NCBI GenBank assembly: GCA_034439575.1 | Contig: JAWXAQ010000008.1 | Location: 192,001-256,000 of the forward strand | From: Leptospira sp. | GTDB taxonomy: Bacteria > Spirochaetota > Leptospiria > Leptospirales > Leptospiraceae | Reading direction: 5' to 3' | Length of the DNA: 64,000 nt | Part shown: positions 50,749 through 60,847 of the stretch, one piece after another | Position numbering within the stretch: the first letter of the stretch is position 1 | How the letters are laid out: every line of letters starts with the position of its first letter | The notes under the pieces: model-generated | What the model was told of the DNA's origin: nothing | Database searches by the model: none | The model's input: only the letters and a program-made list of their open reading frames with translations | Made by a program: the position numbers and the translations under genes

Positions 50749-51615
50749 ATGTTGCCACCCCATTTTTCTAGCCCCATACAAAATCTACTCCAATTGACAA
50801 AAGACCTTCGTAGTCCAGAGGGTTGCCCTTGGGATAAAGAACAAAATCACAAATCGGTCATTCCTCACCTTTTGGAAGAAGTCTATGAAGTCGTTGATAC
50901 TATAGAAAAGGAAGACGATCCACATTTTCGTGAGGAACTTGGTGACCTCCTGTTCCAAATCGTATTTCATTGTCAGTTGGCGAGCGAACGAGGAGCCTTT
51001 GATTGGGAAGATGTCACAGAGGAAGTTTTTCAGAAACTAGTAAGGCGTCATCCACATGTGTATACCGATCAAACTTCACTAAAAAACTCTGGCGAGGTTC
51101 TAAATCAGTGGGATGAAATCAAAAAAAAAGAAAAGGAAAATAAATTTGGCAAAGATAGTTCGCCTAATTCGTTCCAATCGATCTTAGCGGATATCCCACT
51201 GGCACTGCCCGCAATCCAAAGATCAGAAAAAATTCAATCTAAGGTCTCCAAACAAGGGTTTGATTGGGATCATCCATTAGATTTATTTACTAAATTGAAA
51301 GAAGAAATAAAGGAATTAGAAGAAGCAATCGGCCCATCACCAAATATAATTGGAAAAAAAATAGAATACAATGAGCATATTGAAGAGGAGTTAGGTGATA
51401 TATTTTTCCTTCTTGTCAATCTTTCTCGGAAACTTTCTTTAGATCCCGAAACAACTCTACGTAAGGCAAACCAAAAATTTGAAAGTAGATTTAAAATCGT
51501 GGAAGAAATTCTTTTCCTAAAAGGGGAAGATATGAAGACTAAAACATTGAGTGAACTTGATGTACATTGGGCGGAAGCAAAAATTAAATTAAAAAAGTCT
51601 AAGGAAGTTTCTTAA
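50749..51615 (+). CDS. mazG: Nucleoside triphosphate pyrophosphohydrolase MazG
   Basis: LRSPEGCPWD, EELGDLLFQ, KLVRRHPHV, second EELGD. Confidence 0.95.
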   Translation: MLPPHFSSPIQNLLQLTKDLRSPEGCPWDKEQNHKSVIPHLLEEVYEVVDTIEKEDDPHFREELGDLLFQIVFHCQLASERGAFDWEDVTEEVFQKLVRRHPHVYTDQTSLKNSGEVLNQWDEIKKKEKENKFGKDSSPNSFQSILADIPLALPAIQRSEKIQSKVSKQGFDWDHPLDLFTKLKEEIKELEEAIGPSPNIIGKKIEYNEHIEEELGDIFFLLVNLSRKLSLDPETTLRKANQKFESRFKIVEEILFLKGEDMKTKTLSELDVHWAEAKIKLKKSKEVS

Positions 51616-53101
51616 GTCTTATTTCTAAGGGTTCAAACGATGATGTAGCTTTGGTTTTTTGTTGCATAGGTAAATATCCATCAGAACTGAATGTGATGTT
51701 TCCCAGCATTTCACTTGTGTAATACGAATAATAAATGCCAGTCGTGGGATGATTTTGCCTAGTTTCCCCTTGGAAAAATTTATGGTTTTCTAATTGGACA
51801 TTTGCCTTTATCGGATTACCTTCTTCATCTAAAATCCGATACAAAAGTTTTTTACCGAAACTTATTTCGTCAAGAAGGCGCAACCATACGATTCTATAAT
51901 TTTCTATAATTTTTCCTACATGTTTATATTCGGGATTAAAATGTGATGTTTCAAAAATATAAGCCAAGGTTCCATATTTAAAATAATAAAAATCTTGGTC
52001 TACGCCATCCACAGGATAAATATTTTTTCTAAATTTAAATGGTTTATTTGAATTTGTGCTTCGAATAAATCTTGTTAGTTTGCGTCCAAATTCTTTTGCC
52101 AGATCGGGCTCTGGATTTTGAAATCCTTCAATAGAGTAGGGATAAAGAAGACTATTAGCAAATGCATGAAAGCTAATGGATGCTACAAAATTTTCTCTTT
52201 CAAAAAGATGAATCAAGGCTTGTGTTTCAAGTTCTGATCCTTCATGAAGTCCCCTAAAATATGGGCTATCCTTTTTATCTGAGCTGTATTCGCTTCCCGA
52301 TTTGCCCCAGTGAATGGGAAAATTTCTATTTAGATCGACTCCTAGATTTGGTAAGGTGGAATCATTTTTTCTACCTAATAAATGAGATTGATTCCAAAAT
52401 GCATCCGAACCTTCAGGATTCACAATGGGTATGATCCAAATATTTAATTTATTCAAATAGCGTTCGGTATATTTTTGATTTTCGAGTAAAGTATGAATGA
52501 TATCATAACAATGGTCAGTTGATATAACTTCATTTGCGTGCATGGCGCAAGAAAAAAGAATGGAAACTTTTTGGTTCTCATTAAAATTTTTCTTTGTTAT
52601 TTTTAATGCTAAGATGGGATGTTTATTTTTGGTTTTTCCAATTTCTTCTAAGCTTGCTAACATTGGAAAGGATGCTACGATTTGATTTAAATATTTGGTA
52701 TTCAGGAGGTTATCTTTATACCCGGATTTTAAATTTGTAAGATCAAAGTTTAAATTACTTAATTGTTCTGGATGACTGCCATCAAAAAATTTGAAACCCA
52801 CATTACTTATATTGATTTTAATATAATCAAAAGTTTCATTTATGGATTCCCATTCAGATTTACTTAAAGGAATAAATACATTCCCATTTTGAATATACGG
52901 TTTAGAATATTTTTTGTTCGTCCGAATTTGAAAATCTTCCCATTTTGACAAAGGGATTGAAATTAATACCCAGTGGTTTTTGTCACCGAGAGGTGCAATT
53001 GGTATATTGAATTGAAAATCAAAGGTAAGGCAATGGGAAATAAAAAAGCTAATGCAAGTTAATGTCAGTAATTTATATAAACCTTTGGCCAATGATTTCA
53101 T
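51599..53101 (-). CDS. M14 zinc carboxypeptidase lipoprotein
   Basis: HANE, NPEG, RKN, GVDLNRNF, SFH, terminal E; ATG 53101 gives a lipoprotein signal ending FISHC. Confidence 0.88.
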   Translation of the reverse strand: MKSLAKGLYKLLTLTCISFFISHCLTFDFQFNIPIAPLGDKNHWVLISIPLSKWEDFQIRTNKKYSKPYIQNGNVFIPLSKSEWESINETFDYIKINISNVGFKFFDGSHPEQLSNLNFDLTNLKSGYKDNLLNTKYLNQIVASFPMLASLEEIGKTKNKHPILALKITKKNFNENQKVSILFSCAMHANEVISTDHCYDIIHTLLENQKYTERYLNKLNIWIIPIVNPEGSDAFWNQSHLLGRKNDSTLPNLGVDLNRNFPIHWGKSGSEYSSDKKDSPYFRGLHEGSELETQALIHLFERENFVASISFHAFANSLLYPYSIEGFQNPEPDLAKEFGRKLTRFIRSTNSNKPFKFRKNIYPVDGVDQDFYYFKYGTLAYIFETSHFNPEYKHVGKIIENYRIVWLRLLDEISFGKKLLYRILDEEGNPIKANVQLENHKFFQGETRQNHPTTGIYYSYYTSEMLGNITFSSDGYLPMQQKTKATSSFEPLEIRLKKLP

Positions 53102-53978
53102 GAAAACTAGATCAGTTATGTTTTTAATCCATAGCATGGCAAGTTTTCTTTTCATTGGATGTGAAATCAAATCTATCGATCTTTTAAATAAGGTTTGTAA
53201 TGGTAAAACCGAACTTGGCATGACTTGTATTCCTAAAGGCGAATTCATTCGCGGTTCAAATAATGCTGAAATCAATGAGAAACCAGAAGCTACGATTTAT
53301 CTAGATGATTATTTTTTAGATCAGTATGAAGTCACTAATGAGGATTTTGAAAAATGTATAAGCCAAGGGCATTGTCAAAATTGTTTAAAAAACAAAACAT
53401 GCGATTACATAGGCGCGAGGTATGGAAAAATTTACCAAAAACCAAAACAACCTATAGTCGGCGTTAGTTGGTTTACTGCTTTGGAGTATTGCCAATGGGC
53501 GCAGAAAAGATTGCCAACAGAGTCTGAATGGGAGAAGGGAGCGCGAGGTGAGACTGGCGATTTATATCCTTGGGGAAATGAGGAGGCCACTTGTAAACTT
53601 GCAATCATCGAAGAGGATGGAAGAAAGGGATGTTTTCCGAAACGATTGGATAAACCTCATTGGATGACTACAGGAGATGTCGGCCAAAAACCGAAAGGAC
53701 ATTATGAACTTTATGACATGGCTGGCAATTCCTGGGAATGGGTATCAGACTGGTATAGCCCATCTTATGAGATTTGTGGCAAGGATTGTTTTGGAAAAAA
53801 TCCAATGGGTCCATGTAACGGTGATAAGGAATGTCCTGGACATACAAAAAAAATTGTAAAGGGTGGTTCTTGGTGGTGGCCTGCCAAAATGGCGAGGGGA
53901 TCCTTTCGAAGGGCTCATGTTCCAGAAAATTTTCCCGAATACCATCATTTCGGATTTCGCTGTGCCAAAGATATATAA
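53100..53978 (+). CDS. FGE/SUMF1-domain lipoprotein
   Basis: RLPTESEWEKGARG, YDMAGNSWEWVSD, GFRCAKD; lipobox LFIGC. Confidence 0.9.
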   Translation: MKTRSVMFLIHSMASFLFIGCEIKSIDLLNKVCNGKTELGMTCIPKGEFIRGSNNAEINEKPEATIYLDDYFLDQYEVTNEDFEKCISQGHCQNCLKNKTCDYIGARYGKIYQKPKQPIVGVSWFTALEYCQWAQKRLPTESEWEKGARGETGDLYPWGNEEATCKLAIIEEDGRKGCFPKRLDKPHWMTTGDVGQKPKGHYELYDMAGNSWEWVSDWYSPSYEICGKDCFGKNPMGPCNGDKECPGHTKKIVKGGSWWWPAKMARGSFRRAHVPENFPEYHHFGFRCAKDI

Positions 53979-53979
53979 T

Positions 53980-54981
53980 ATGATGCATCTATTTAAAGTT
54001 AGTTTATTGTTTATTAGTTTCCATTTCTTAATTTTATCCTGCAAAAGTTTTCAGCAGAAAGAAAAGATTCATTTTGATTATTCAACTTTGTTTTCTATCG
54101 AACAGGAAACTCTAGTTCCCACTCGATGGGATGTAGGCAACACAACGGTTTCCAATGAAGACCGGCTAGATGTATTGATTCCGCATGTTTCAAATATTGG
54201 GAATGTTTATATTGGCGTTGGGGCAGAACAAAACCTAACAATCGCTGCATGGGCTAAATCCGAATTTATTTATCTAATGGATTTTACACAAGTTGTTGTT
54301 TCTGCCAATGAAATGATGATTATGTTTTTAAAAGAATCTCCGACTAAAGAACTTTTTATCAGTCGTTATGCTAAGGGCAATGAAGCCGAATCTTTCTCTT
54401 TGATTGAGAAAAATTTAAGCCAACCTGAAAAATACAAACAGATATATAAAAATATCATCAAATATGTTCGTAAACGACATAGAACAAATAAGATTACCTC
54501 GGCAGAGTATAAATATGATATGTTCCAAACAAATGATGAGCAATACGCATACATTCGAAACCTTGCTATACAGAACCGAATTTATCCAGTAAAAGGAAAT
54601 TTGTTAGGAAAGACCACCTTGCGTAGTATAGGCGACACACTTCGCAAGAATGGAAAATTCGTCGGTATCATTTATTTTAGCAATGCGGAAGAATATTTTT
54701 ATTACCCGGAAGAATTTAAAAAATCCATTTTGAATTTACCTACAAAAGATAATTCAGTAGTGGTGCGGACTTTATCAGTCAAAAAACATATCTTTCCGTG
54801 GTCGCCAGGATCAGATATTTCTACAGATTATGGATTTCATTATTGCACCCAAAACATACAAAATTTTCAAACTTGGTTGTCCTCTGGATTAAAATTACGT
54901 TCGGATCTGATTATGGAAGCTGGTGGAGTTGTGGATAAAAAGAAAGGCTTTACATTTGTTAGTGGGCTTCCCAAAAATTAA
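53980..54981 (+). CDS. Lipoprotein with Rossmann/methyltransferase-like core (possibly LIC_10091-like)
   Basis: Lipobox ILSC after ATG 53980; SNE, YIGVGAEQNL, YFSNAEEY. Confidence 0.7.
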   Translation: MMHLFKVSLLFISFHFLILSCKSFQQKEKIHFDYSTLFSIEQETLVPTRWDVGNTTVSNEDRLDVLIPHVSNIGNVYIGVGAEQNLTIAAWAKSEFIYLMDFTQVVVSANEMMIMFLKESPTKELFISRYAKGNEAESFSLIEKNLSQPEKYKQIYKNIIKYVRKRHRTNKITSAEYKYDMFQTNDEQYAYIRNLAIQNRIYPVKGNLLGKTTLRSIGDTLRKNGKFVGIIYFSNAEEYFYYPEEFKKSILNLPTKDNSVVVRTLSVKKHIFPWSPGSDISTDYGFHYCTQNIQNFQTWLSSGLKLRSDLIMEAGGVVDKKKGFTFVSGLPKN

Positions 54982-55379
54982 TGGAAAAAAAACAAATCCA
55001 AATTTCAGATTTTGATGAAATCAAACAAATTTCTTTAAAAATTTATGAATTTCTGATTTCCTTATTTCCCGAAACAAAATCGGATTTAGATAATGGATCG
55101 GGAGATACTTTATTTCCAAAAAGATGGAGGTATTCATATTCTAATTACAATTTTGAATGGGTGGTCTCAGAGATGGGATCAATTACACTTAGGTTAGGTG
55201 AGCATCCTCGATTTCGTAGAAATCCGCCACCGATTTTTTATCTGAGCCTCGGTAAATATGATGATGGATTTTATTGGGAAGATTTAGATGGTGCCGTAGT
55301 CCTTTTGGAAGATGGCACCATACAACAATTAGTCTCTGAAAAAATAAAACTTTTTATCGAGTCCGAAACAGGATCATAA
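54981..55379 (+). CDS. Hypothetical protein
   Basis: TAATG coupling with the upstream gene. Confidence 0.7.
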   Translation: MEKKQIQISDFDEIKQISLKIYEFLISLFPETKSDLDNGSGDTLFPKRWRYSYSNYNFEWVVSEMGSITLRLGEHPRFRRNPPPIFYLSLGKYDDGFYWEDLDGAVVLLEDGTIQQLVSEKIKLFIESETGS

Positions 55380-55436
55380 AAAATTTTAATTTAATTTTTT
55401 TAAAATCAAATTAGAAATTAATTTTTAAATTAATCT

Positions 55437-56501
55437 TTAATCTTTCGTATCTTCCCCTTCAATTCCTACTTTCTTTTCGATATCTTTGATTCGTTTGATC
55501 CATTTGTTTAAATTGACTATATTTTTAATATTGACCCGGTACTTTTGAAACTCTGGAAATGTGAGACCTAAATCCCATCCAATATAAACGTCTTTTGTTT
55601 TTGGAGAAGTGCGAAGTGAACTTCCGCCGGCAATGATTGTTCCATCAACAAGCGTTAAATGGTCGCTTATCGCACAGGCTCCTCCAATAATCACATTGTT
55701 CCCTAATGTGACACTACCTGCAAGGCCAGATTGGCCAGCGATAATTACATTGTCTCCCACTTTACAATTGTGAGCAATATGGACCATGTTATCAAATTTA
55801 CAACCGTTTCCAATGACAGTATCGGTCAATGCCCCTCTATCTATGGTACAATTTGCTCCGACTTCAACATCATTTCCGATAATCACCCGACCGACTTGCG
55901 GAAGTTTGTTGTGTTTACCGTTTACAAATGTAAATCCAAATCCGTCTCCACCAAATGTAGAATTTCCATACACATTAAAATCATTGCCGATTTGTGTACC
56001 ATGATAAAAAACACAGTTCATTCCGATTTTGGCATTGTCTCCGATTTTAACGTCCTTTTGAATTTTGACTCCATCACCAATGATACAATTTTTACCAATG
56101 ACGACATTCTCACCAATGGTTACAAAGTGTCCAATTTTTGTATTTTCACCAATTTTTGCCGAAGGAGAAATGATCGCATGACTCGACGTAGATCCATCAG
56201 ATACTTCAGGCGGGAAAAAATAATTCAATATTTTGATTAAAGCCAATTCAACATTGGGAACGATAAGTAAAGTTTTATCTTGTAGTCCTTCGGCTAATTC
56301 TTGATTGGCGACAAGGACGGAGGCTTTCGATGTTTTACCGTCTTTAAGGAATGCTTTTGATGATACAAATGATAAAAAATTTGATCCGTCTGATGTTAGT
56401 GGGAGCACATATTCAATTTCCACTTTATTTGGATCTGAACAATTAGCGATTTTGGCACCTTCTAAGAGACTAGCCAATTGTGTTAAGTTTGCTTTTTTCA
56501 T
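55437..56501 (-). CDS. lpxD: UDP-3-O-(3-hydroxymyristoyl)glucosamine N-acyltransferase
   Basis: Hexapeptide repeats, [25 protein letters not shown]. Confidence 0.95.
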   Translation of the reverse strand: MKKANLTQLASLLEGAKIANCSDPNKVEIEYVLPLTSDGSNFLSFVSSKAFLKDGKTSKASVLVANQELAEGLQDKTLLIVPNVELALIKILNYFFPPEVSDGSTSSHAIISPSAKIGENTKIGHFVTIGENVVIGKNCIIGDGVKIQKDVKIGDNAKIGMNCVFYHGTQIGNDFNVYGNSTFGGDGFGFTFVNGKHNKLPQVGRVIIGNDVEVGANCTIDRGALTDTVIGNGCKFDNMVHIAHNCKVGDNVIIAGQSGLAGSVTLGNNVIIGGACAISDHLTLVDGTIIAGGSSLRTSPKTKDVYIGWDLGLTFPEFQKYRVNIKNIVNLNKWIKRIKDIEKKVGIEGEDTKD

Positions 56502-56608
56502 ATGAATTCACCATTTGAGAAATTGTAATATTCTACATTTTTGATGAAGTGATGATTTTTGCCTAATCTAATTAGGGTATTATAAATAGATTTTGAATGC
56601 TTTGGTCT

Positions 56609-57409
56609 TTAACCGAAACGAAAGGAGGTCATGTTAAGAGAACCCATCACTACTTTGTCATTAAAAATTTGAATTTGATCATCATCCTGTTTCGCGCCGA
56701 GCACATATAAAAATGGTAAATAATGTTCGGCAGTTGGAATTGAATTCTGAATTTGAATCCCGTGCTTTTTGTATTCAATTAAATTGGATATGTTATTGGT
56801 AAGAACCCATTCTTTGAACATTTGATTTGCTTCGATAGCCCAGTCGTAACCAAATTCTGGTTGGTTCACTTTTGACCAATCCACCAAACCAAGGTTATGG
56901 ATAAGATTGCCACTACCGATGATTAAAATTCCTTGTTTGCGAAATTGAATTAATTTTTTACCTAATTGATAATGATAATTTCCATCGAGTGTGCCTTTTA
57001 TGCTCAATTGCAAAACAGGGATATCCGCGTTTGGAAAGATATGGCGGACAATGCTCCAAGTCCCATGATCAAGACCCCAGGATGCATCCGTGATACAATT
57101 AAATTCCTTTAATTCAGTGGCAATTTCCGCTGCAAGTTTAACATTTCCAGGAGCAGGGTATAGCACTTCAAATAATTCTTTGGGGAAACCACCAAAGTCG
57201 TGTATGGTGGGAGGTTTTTCATTTGAGGTAATGGATGTTTCTTTAGTTACCCAATGAGCAGATATGCAAAGGATAGCTTTTGGTTTTGGAAAACTTCCAG
57301 AAAGACTCTGCCATACTTTTGAAAATTGATTATCTTCAATGGCATTCATCGGGCTTCCATGTCCGATAAAAAATACTGGCATAACTGTGTTAGATGCACC
57401 ATCATTCAT
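56609..57409 (-). CDS. ygiD: 4,5-DOPA dioxygenase extradiol (LigB family)
   Basis: FIGHGSPMNA, ISAHW, HDFGGFP, GLDHG, PTAEHYLP. Confidence 0.9.
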   Translation of the reverse strand: MNDGASNTVMPVFFIGHGSPMNAIEDNQFSKVWQSLSGSFPKPKAILCISAHWVTKETSITSNEKPPTIHDFGGFPKELFEVLYPAPGNVKLAAEIATELKEFNCITDASWGLDHGTWSIVRHIFPNADIPVLQLSIKGTLDGNYHYQLGKKLIQFRKQGILIIGSGNLIHNLGLVDWSKVNQPEFGYDWAIEANQMFKEWVLTNNISNLIEYKKHGIQIQNSIPTAEHYLPFLYVLGAKQDDDQIQIFNDKVVMGSLNMTSFRFG

Positions 57410-57422
57410 ATTTGGCTTTGGT

Positions 57423-58064
57423 TTACCTTCTGTCGTAGGTTAAAAATACCTCATTCCCTTTGCTGACTGTATCTGTTAATAGCCAATTTCTTTCATCAAA
57501 TCCTGCTATTGCAGAACTACCGTCAGCAATGCCGGCTAATCCGTTTTTGCCGATGACATAAGGAACGAGTGTGATATAGATTCGGTCTACTAGATCACCA
57601 TCTAAGAAAGAGTAGTTTAATTTCGGTCCACCTTCCAAAAGTACGTTTTTGTAACCTTTTCGTTTTAAAATGCCGGTTACTTTTTTCGGATCAATATCTG
57701 TTGAATCGAGTGCGAAAATTTCTGCTCTGTTTTCTAAATCAGTTTTGATTTCTTTCAAATTGTTTTTTGTACAGATAACCAATGGTATGTGGTCTGATTC
57801 GTCAAATACGTGTTTGTCTGTGGGGAGAGTGCCATTGCGAATTAAGATGACTGGCCTGGGATTTAAAGCATTCGGGAAAGCTCGAATTTTAACGACTGGA
57901 TTGTCATTGATAACAGAATTTTTTCCGAGTATGATGGCATCGGATTTTGAGCGATAAACATCCATTTGAAGTTTGTCGTCTTTGGAGGTAAGACCATACC
58001 ATCTACCATCCGGTCGAACCACTTTTCCATCTAAGGTCATGGCCATGTTAATCGATAACTTCAT
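57423..58064 (-). CDS. RibD C-terminal (DHFR-fold reductase) domain protein
   Basis: AMTLDGK, DAIILG, LLEGG, LVDRI. Confidence 0.88.
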   Translation of the reverse strand: MKLSINMAMTLDGKVVRPDGRWYGLTSKDDKLQMDVYRSKSDAIILGKNSVINDNPVVKIRAFPNALNPRPVILIRNGTLPTDKHVFDESDHIPLVICTKNNLKEIKTDLENRAEIFALDSTDIDPKKVTGILKRKGYKNVLLEGGPKLNYSFLDGDLVDRIYITLVPYVIGKNGLAGIADGSSAIAGFDERNWLLTDTVSKGNEVFLTYDRR

Positions 58065-58318
58065 TAATTCTTCCTAACGGAGAGATTTTTCAATTCCCTT
58101 TGGAGGATGTGGTGAACTTGCATGGTGCAGGTTCCGCAACCTGTTGTGGCCCTTGTTTTTTCTCTGATTTCCTCGAGAGTATGGGCACCCTCTCGAATGG
58201 CGTCTACTAATTCTTTTTCGGTGACCATCCGACATAGGCAGACCCGCTTTGGTCTCATTAGTGAATTTAAATCAATTCCATCGTCCACGATTACACTATT
58301 CATTTGACAGAATTTCAA
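58064..58318 (-). CDS. BFD-like [2Fe-2S] protein
   Basis: VCLC...ATTGCGTC. Confidence 0.88.
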   Translation of the reverse strand: MKFCQMNSVIVDDGIDLNSLMRPKRVCLCRMVTEKELVDAIREGAHTLEEIREKTRATTGCGTCTMQVHHILQRELKNLSVRKN

Positions 58319-58371
58319 AAAGGGTGGAAACTCTTTAATTACTTCAGATAAGGAAAAATCCAGGAAAGTTT

Positions 58372-59721
58372 ATGGTACATGACCTAAGCCCAGAAAGAAA
58401 GAAAAACCGAAACAAAGAAATCTTCGGTTGGTGTATGTTTGACTTCGCAAATTCATCATATACAACCGTTATCATTAGCGTTGTTTATTGTGAGATTTTT
58501 ACACAACTCGTTGTCCCCTCAGACCCAAATTCGAACAATCCTTTCCAACATGGGAATTCCCTGTGGGCTTGGGCACTAGCGGTATCGTATCTATTTGTCG
58601 TTCTTACAGGACCAATATTTGGAGCGATTACAGACTATTCTTCCACTAAAAAGGCATTTCTGTTTTTTAGTTATATCGGGTGTATCGTCGCAACATTTAT
58701 GTTATACTATGTGAATCCAGGTATGATATGGCTTGGATTTGTGTTAGTTGCCATTTCCAATTTTTTCTTTGCCTCTGGAGAAAATTTTGCATCTAGCTTT
58801 TTGCCCTTTCTCGGTGCGAAAGAAGATTTAGGTAAAATTTCAGGCTATGCTTGGGGAATTGGTTACTTCGGTGGTATCGGTTCTGTGGTTCTTGCTACAA
58901 CTCTCGGTGATTACACATTGTCCAATTTCGCAAATTTAAAGTTAGTTGGACCGTATACTGCTGTTTTCTTTCTATTTGCTGCGATTCCGACCTTTATGTT
59001 TTTGAAAGAACCACACTTACCCTTAGGTCGACCGACAAAAGTTAATTATTTAAAAATTGGTATCGATCGTGTTGTCACAACATTAAAAGATGCGAGTCGA
59101 TTTAAAGATCTGATGATTTATCTTGTTTCTCTATTCTTTACTATGGCGGCACTTGCCATTGTGATTTCTTTTGCATTCATTTACGGATCACAAGAAATTC
59201 ATATTGAGGCCCAACATAAACAAGTTATGTTTATATTCATCCAAATTTCTGCCGCGATTGGTGCACTTGCTTTTGGAGTGATACAAGATAGCATAGGGGC
59301 TAAAAAAACATTTAATATGACTTTGGTTCTTTGGTTAATTGTTTGTGGTCTGATTTATGTGGTTCGTGACCTAACGGATTTGATGAATGCAGGGCTCGGT
59401 ACTACTTGGACAGTGCAATGGGTGTTTGTATTTATTTCTTCCTTGGCTGGTATGGGACTTGGGTCAACACAATCGGCATCTAGAGCACTCGTGGGTATTT
59501 TTTCCCCAGAGTCAAAATCGGGTGAGTTTTTTGGTATGTGGGGCCTTTCTGGAAAAATTGCCGCGGCAATGGGATTATTTCTATTTGGCTACATTCAAAC
59601 GATCGTTAGTTTGCGAAATGCGTTTCTTGTCGTAGCCTTATTTTATTTGATCTCACTTGTGATCAATTTATTCGTAAATGAGAAGAGAGGAGTTGAAACC
59701 GCTAATCAGTTTCAAGAATAG
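58372..59721 (+). CDS. MFS transporter (UMF1/ATG22-like)
   Basis: WCMFDFANS, GAITD, SGYAWGIGY, GEFFG; 12 TM. Confidence 0.9.
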   Translation: MVHDLSPERKKNRNKEIFGWCMFDFANSSYTTVIISVVYCEIFTQLVVPSDPNSNNPFQHGNSLWAWALAVSYLFVVLTGPIFGAITDYSSTKKAFLFFSYIGCIVATFMLYYVNPGMIWLGFVLVAISNFFFASGENFASSFLPFLGAKEDLGKISGYAWGIGYFGGIGSVVLATTLGDYTLSNFANLKLVGPYTAVFFLFAAIPTFMFLKEPHLPLGRPTKVNYLKIGIDRVVTTLKDASRFKDLMIYLVSLFFTMAALAIVISFAFIYGSQEIHIEAQHKQVMFIFIQISAAIGALAFGVIQDSIGAKKTFNMTLVLWLIVCGLIYVVRDLTDLMNAGLGTTWTVQWVFVFISSLAGMGLGSTQSASRALVGIFSPESKSGEFFGMWGLSGKIAAAMGLFLFGYIQTIVSLRNAFLVVALFYLISLVINLFVNEKRGVETANQFQE

Positions 59722-59723
59722 TT

Positions 59724-59942
59724 ATGATAGTTGATACGGAAGACGATTTCGAATTGCACCAAAGCCAGAGAAAATTGGCTTTGGCAACAATTGATGAGCT
59801 GATGCAAATCAAAATGGATTTGTTAGATGCTGAGAAACGTGTTCCACTTTTTATCAATAATGCTATTTCTTATTTAAAAAGGAAGTATGTGACTGAGGAG
59901 CAGACCATTTCGGAGCTCCTCAGGAAACGCCAACAAATTTAA
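59724..59942 (+). CDS. Small hypothetical protein
   Basis: 72-aa ORF directly after the MFS stop. Confidence 0.65.
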   Translation: MIVDTEDDFELHQSQRKLALATIDELMQIKMDLLDAEKRVPLFINNAISYLKRKYVTEEQTISELLRKRQQI

Positions 59943-59965
59943 AAAATTGCTTAAAATCTATATTC

Positions 59966-60781
59966 TTAATTAAAATCTATAATCTTAGTGATCAATTGTT
60001 TTTGATCCAATTCCATGTTTCTTAATTTTCTACCTGTCTGTTTATTAATCTTTCTTAACATTTTTTTGTAAGTCAACATGATATGTTTTTGTTTGTCGTA
60101 AGGAAGTGGGTCTTTCGCATCATTTAACACCATAGTGATATTAGCTGGTGATTTTTGGACCGGAACATTTGGCCAAACCGTATCAGAAGATAATGCTTGG
60201 AAATATTCTAGTGAAATATCAGAATTTGGATCTATTTTAAATTCACCTTTATCATCTTTTTCAACACTTTGTGATTTAGGTGTAGGGTTGATCAGTCTTC
60301 GCATCTCTTTAACATAGATAGTTCCATCTGCATTGACTCGCTTGAACATGAGTATGATTTTGGCAACTTCCGTATAGCCTTCGTTAGGGTATACAAATGC
60401 AGTTCCATCATAAAGATAAACTTTTGGCCAATCGATATAGGATTGTCCTTGTGGTAGTTTTAATTCTAAATATGGTTTACCCTCGGAATCCTTCAAAAAC
60501 AATTCTTTCACTTTACTTGGTGTATGGCCCAAGTATTGCGACGCTGTTTTATCTACGCCAAGGTCTTGCAACTTTTTCATTTTGCCTAAATGTTCAGCGA
60601 TGGATGCATGCAAAGTATCGATTTCATTGTCTGAAAATCCTGAGGCTCTCTGGGCGTCGATTTGCTTTTGTGTTTCACGGTCTTTTAAAGTAAGTGAAGT
60701 CGGTTTTTCGGCAAATAACGAAGAAAATAAGGCACCCGATATGAATGCAATGGTAATAGAAATAGAAATGCGGTGGATCAT
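59966..60781 (-). CDS. fcpB: Secreted protein, probable flagellar-coiling protein FcpB
   Basis: Signal peptide, RBS GAGG; size and sequence resemble Leptospira FcpB from memory, not verified. Confidence 0.5.
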   Translation of the reverse strand: MIHRISISITIAFISGALFSSLFAEKPTSLTLKDRETQKQIDAQRASGFSDNEIDTLHASIAEHLGKMKKLQDLGVDKTASQYLGHTPSKVKELFLKDSEGKPYLELKLPQGQSYIDWPKVYLYDGTAFVYPNEGYTEVAKIILMFKRVNADGTIYVKEMRRLINPTPKSQSVEKDDKGEFKIDPNSDISLEYFQALSSDTVWPNVPVQKSPANITMVLNDAKDPLPYDKQKHIMLTYKKMLRKINKQTGRKLRNMELDQKQLITKIIDFN

Positions 60782-60847
60782 GACATACCTCGAACTTTCA
60801 TTCCTTTATAGTATCGTGATTTTTGCTATCGATACTTAAATGGATCT

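Noticed and set aside
55380-55436. Almost pure A/T imperfect palindrome between convergent genes
   Set aside because: Low complexity; no GC stem to support a terminator or element call
55731-56240. 169-aa ORF on the plus strand
   Set aside because: Shadow ORF antisense to the lpxD hexapeptide repeats
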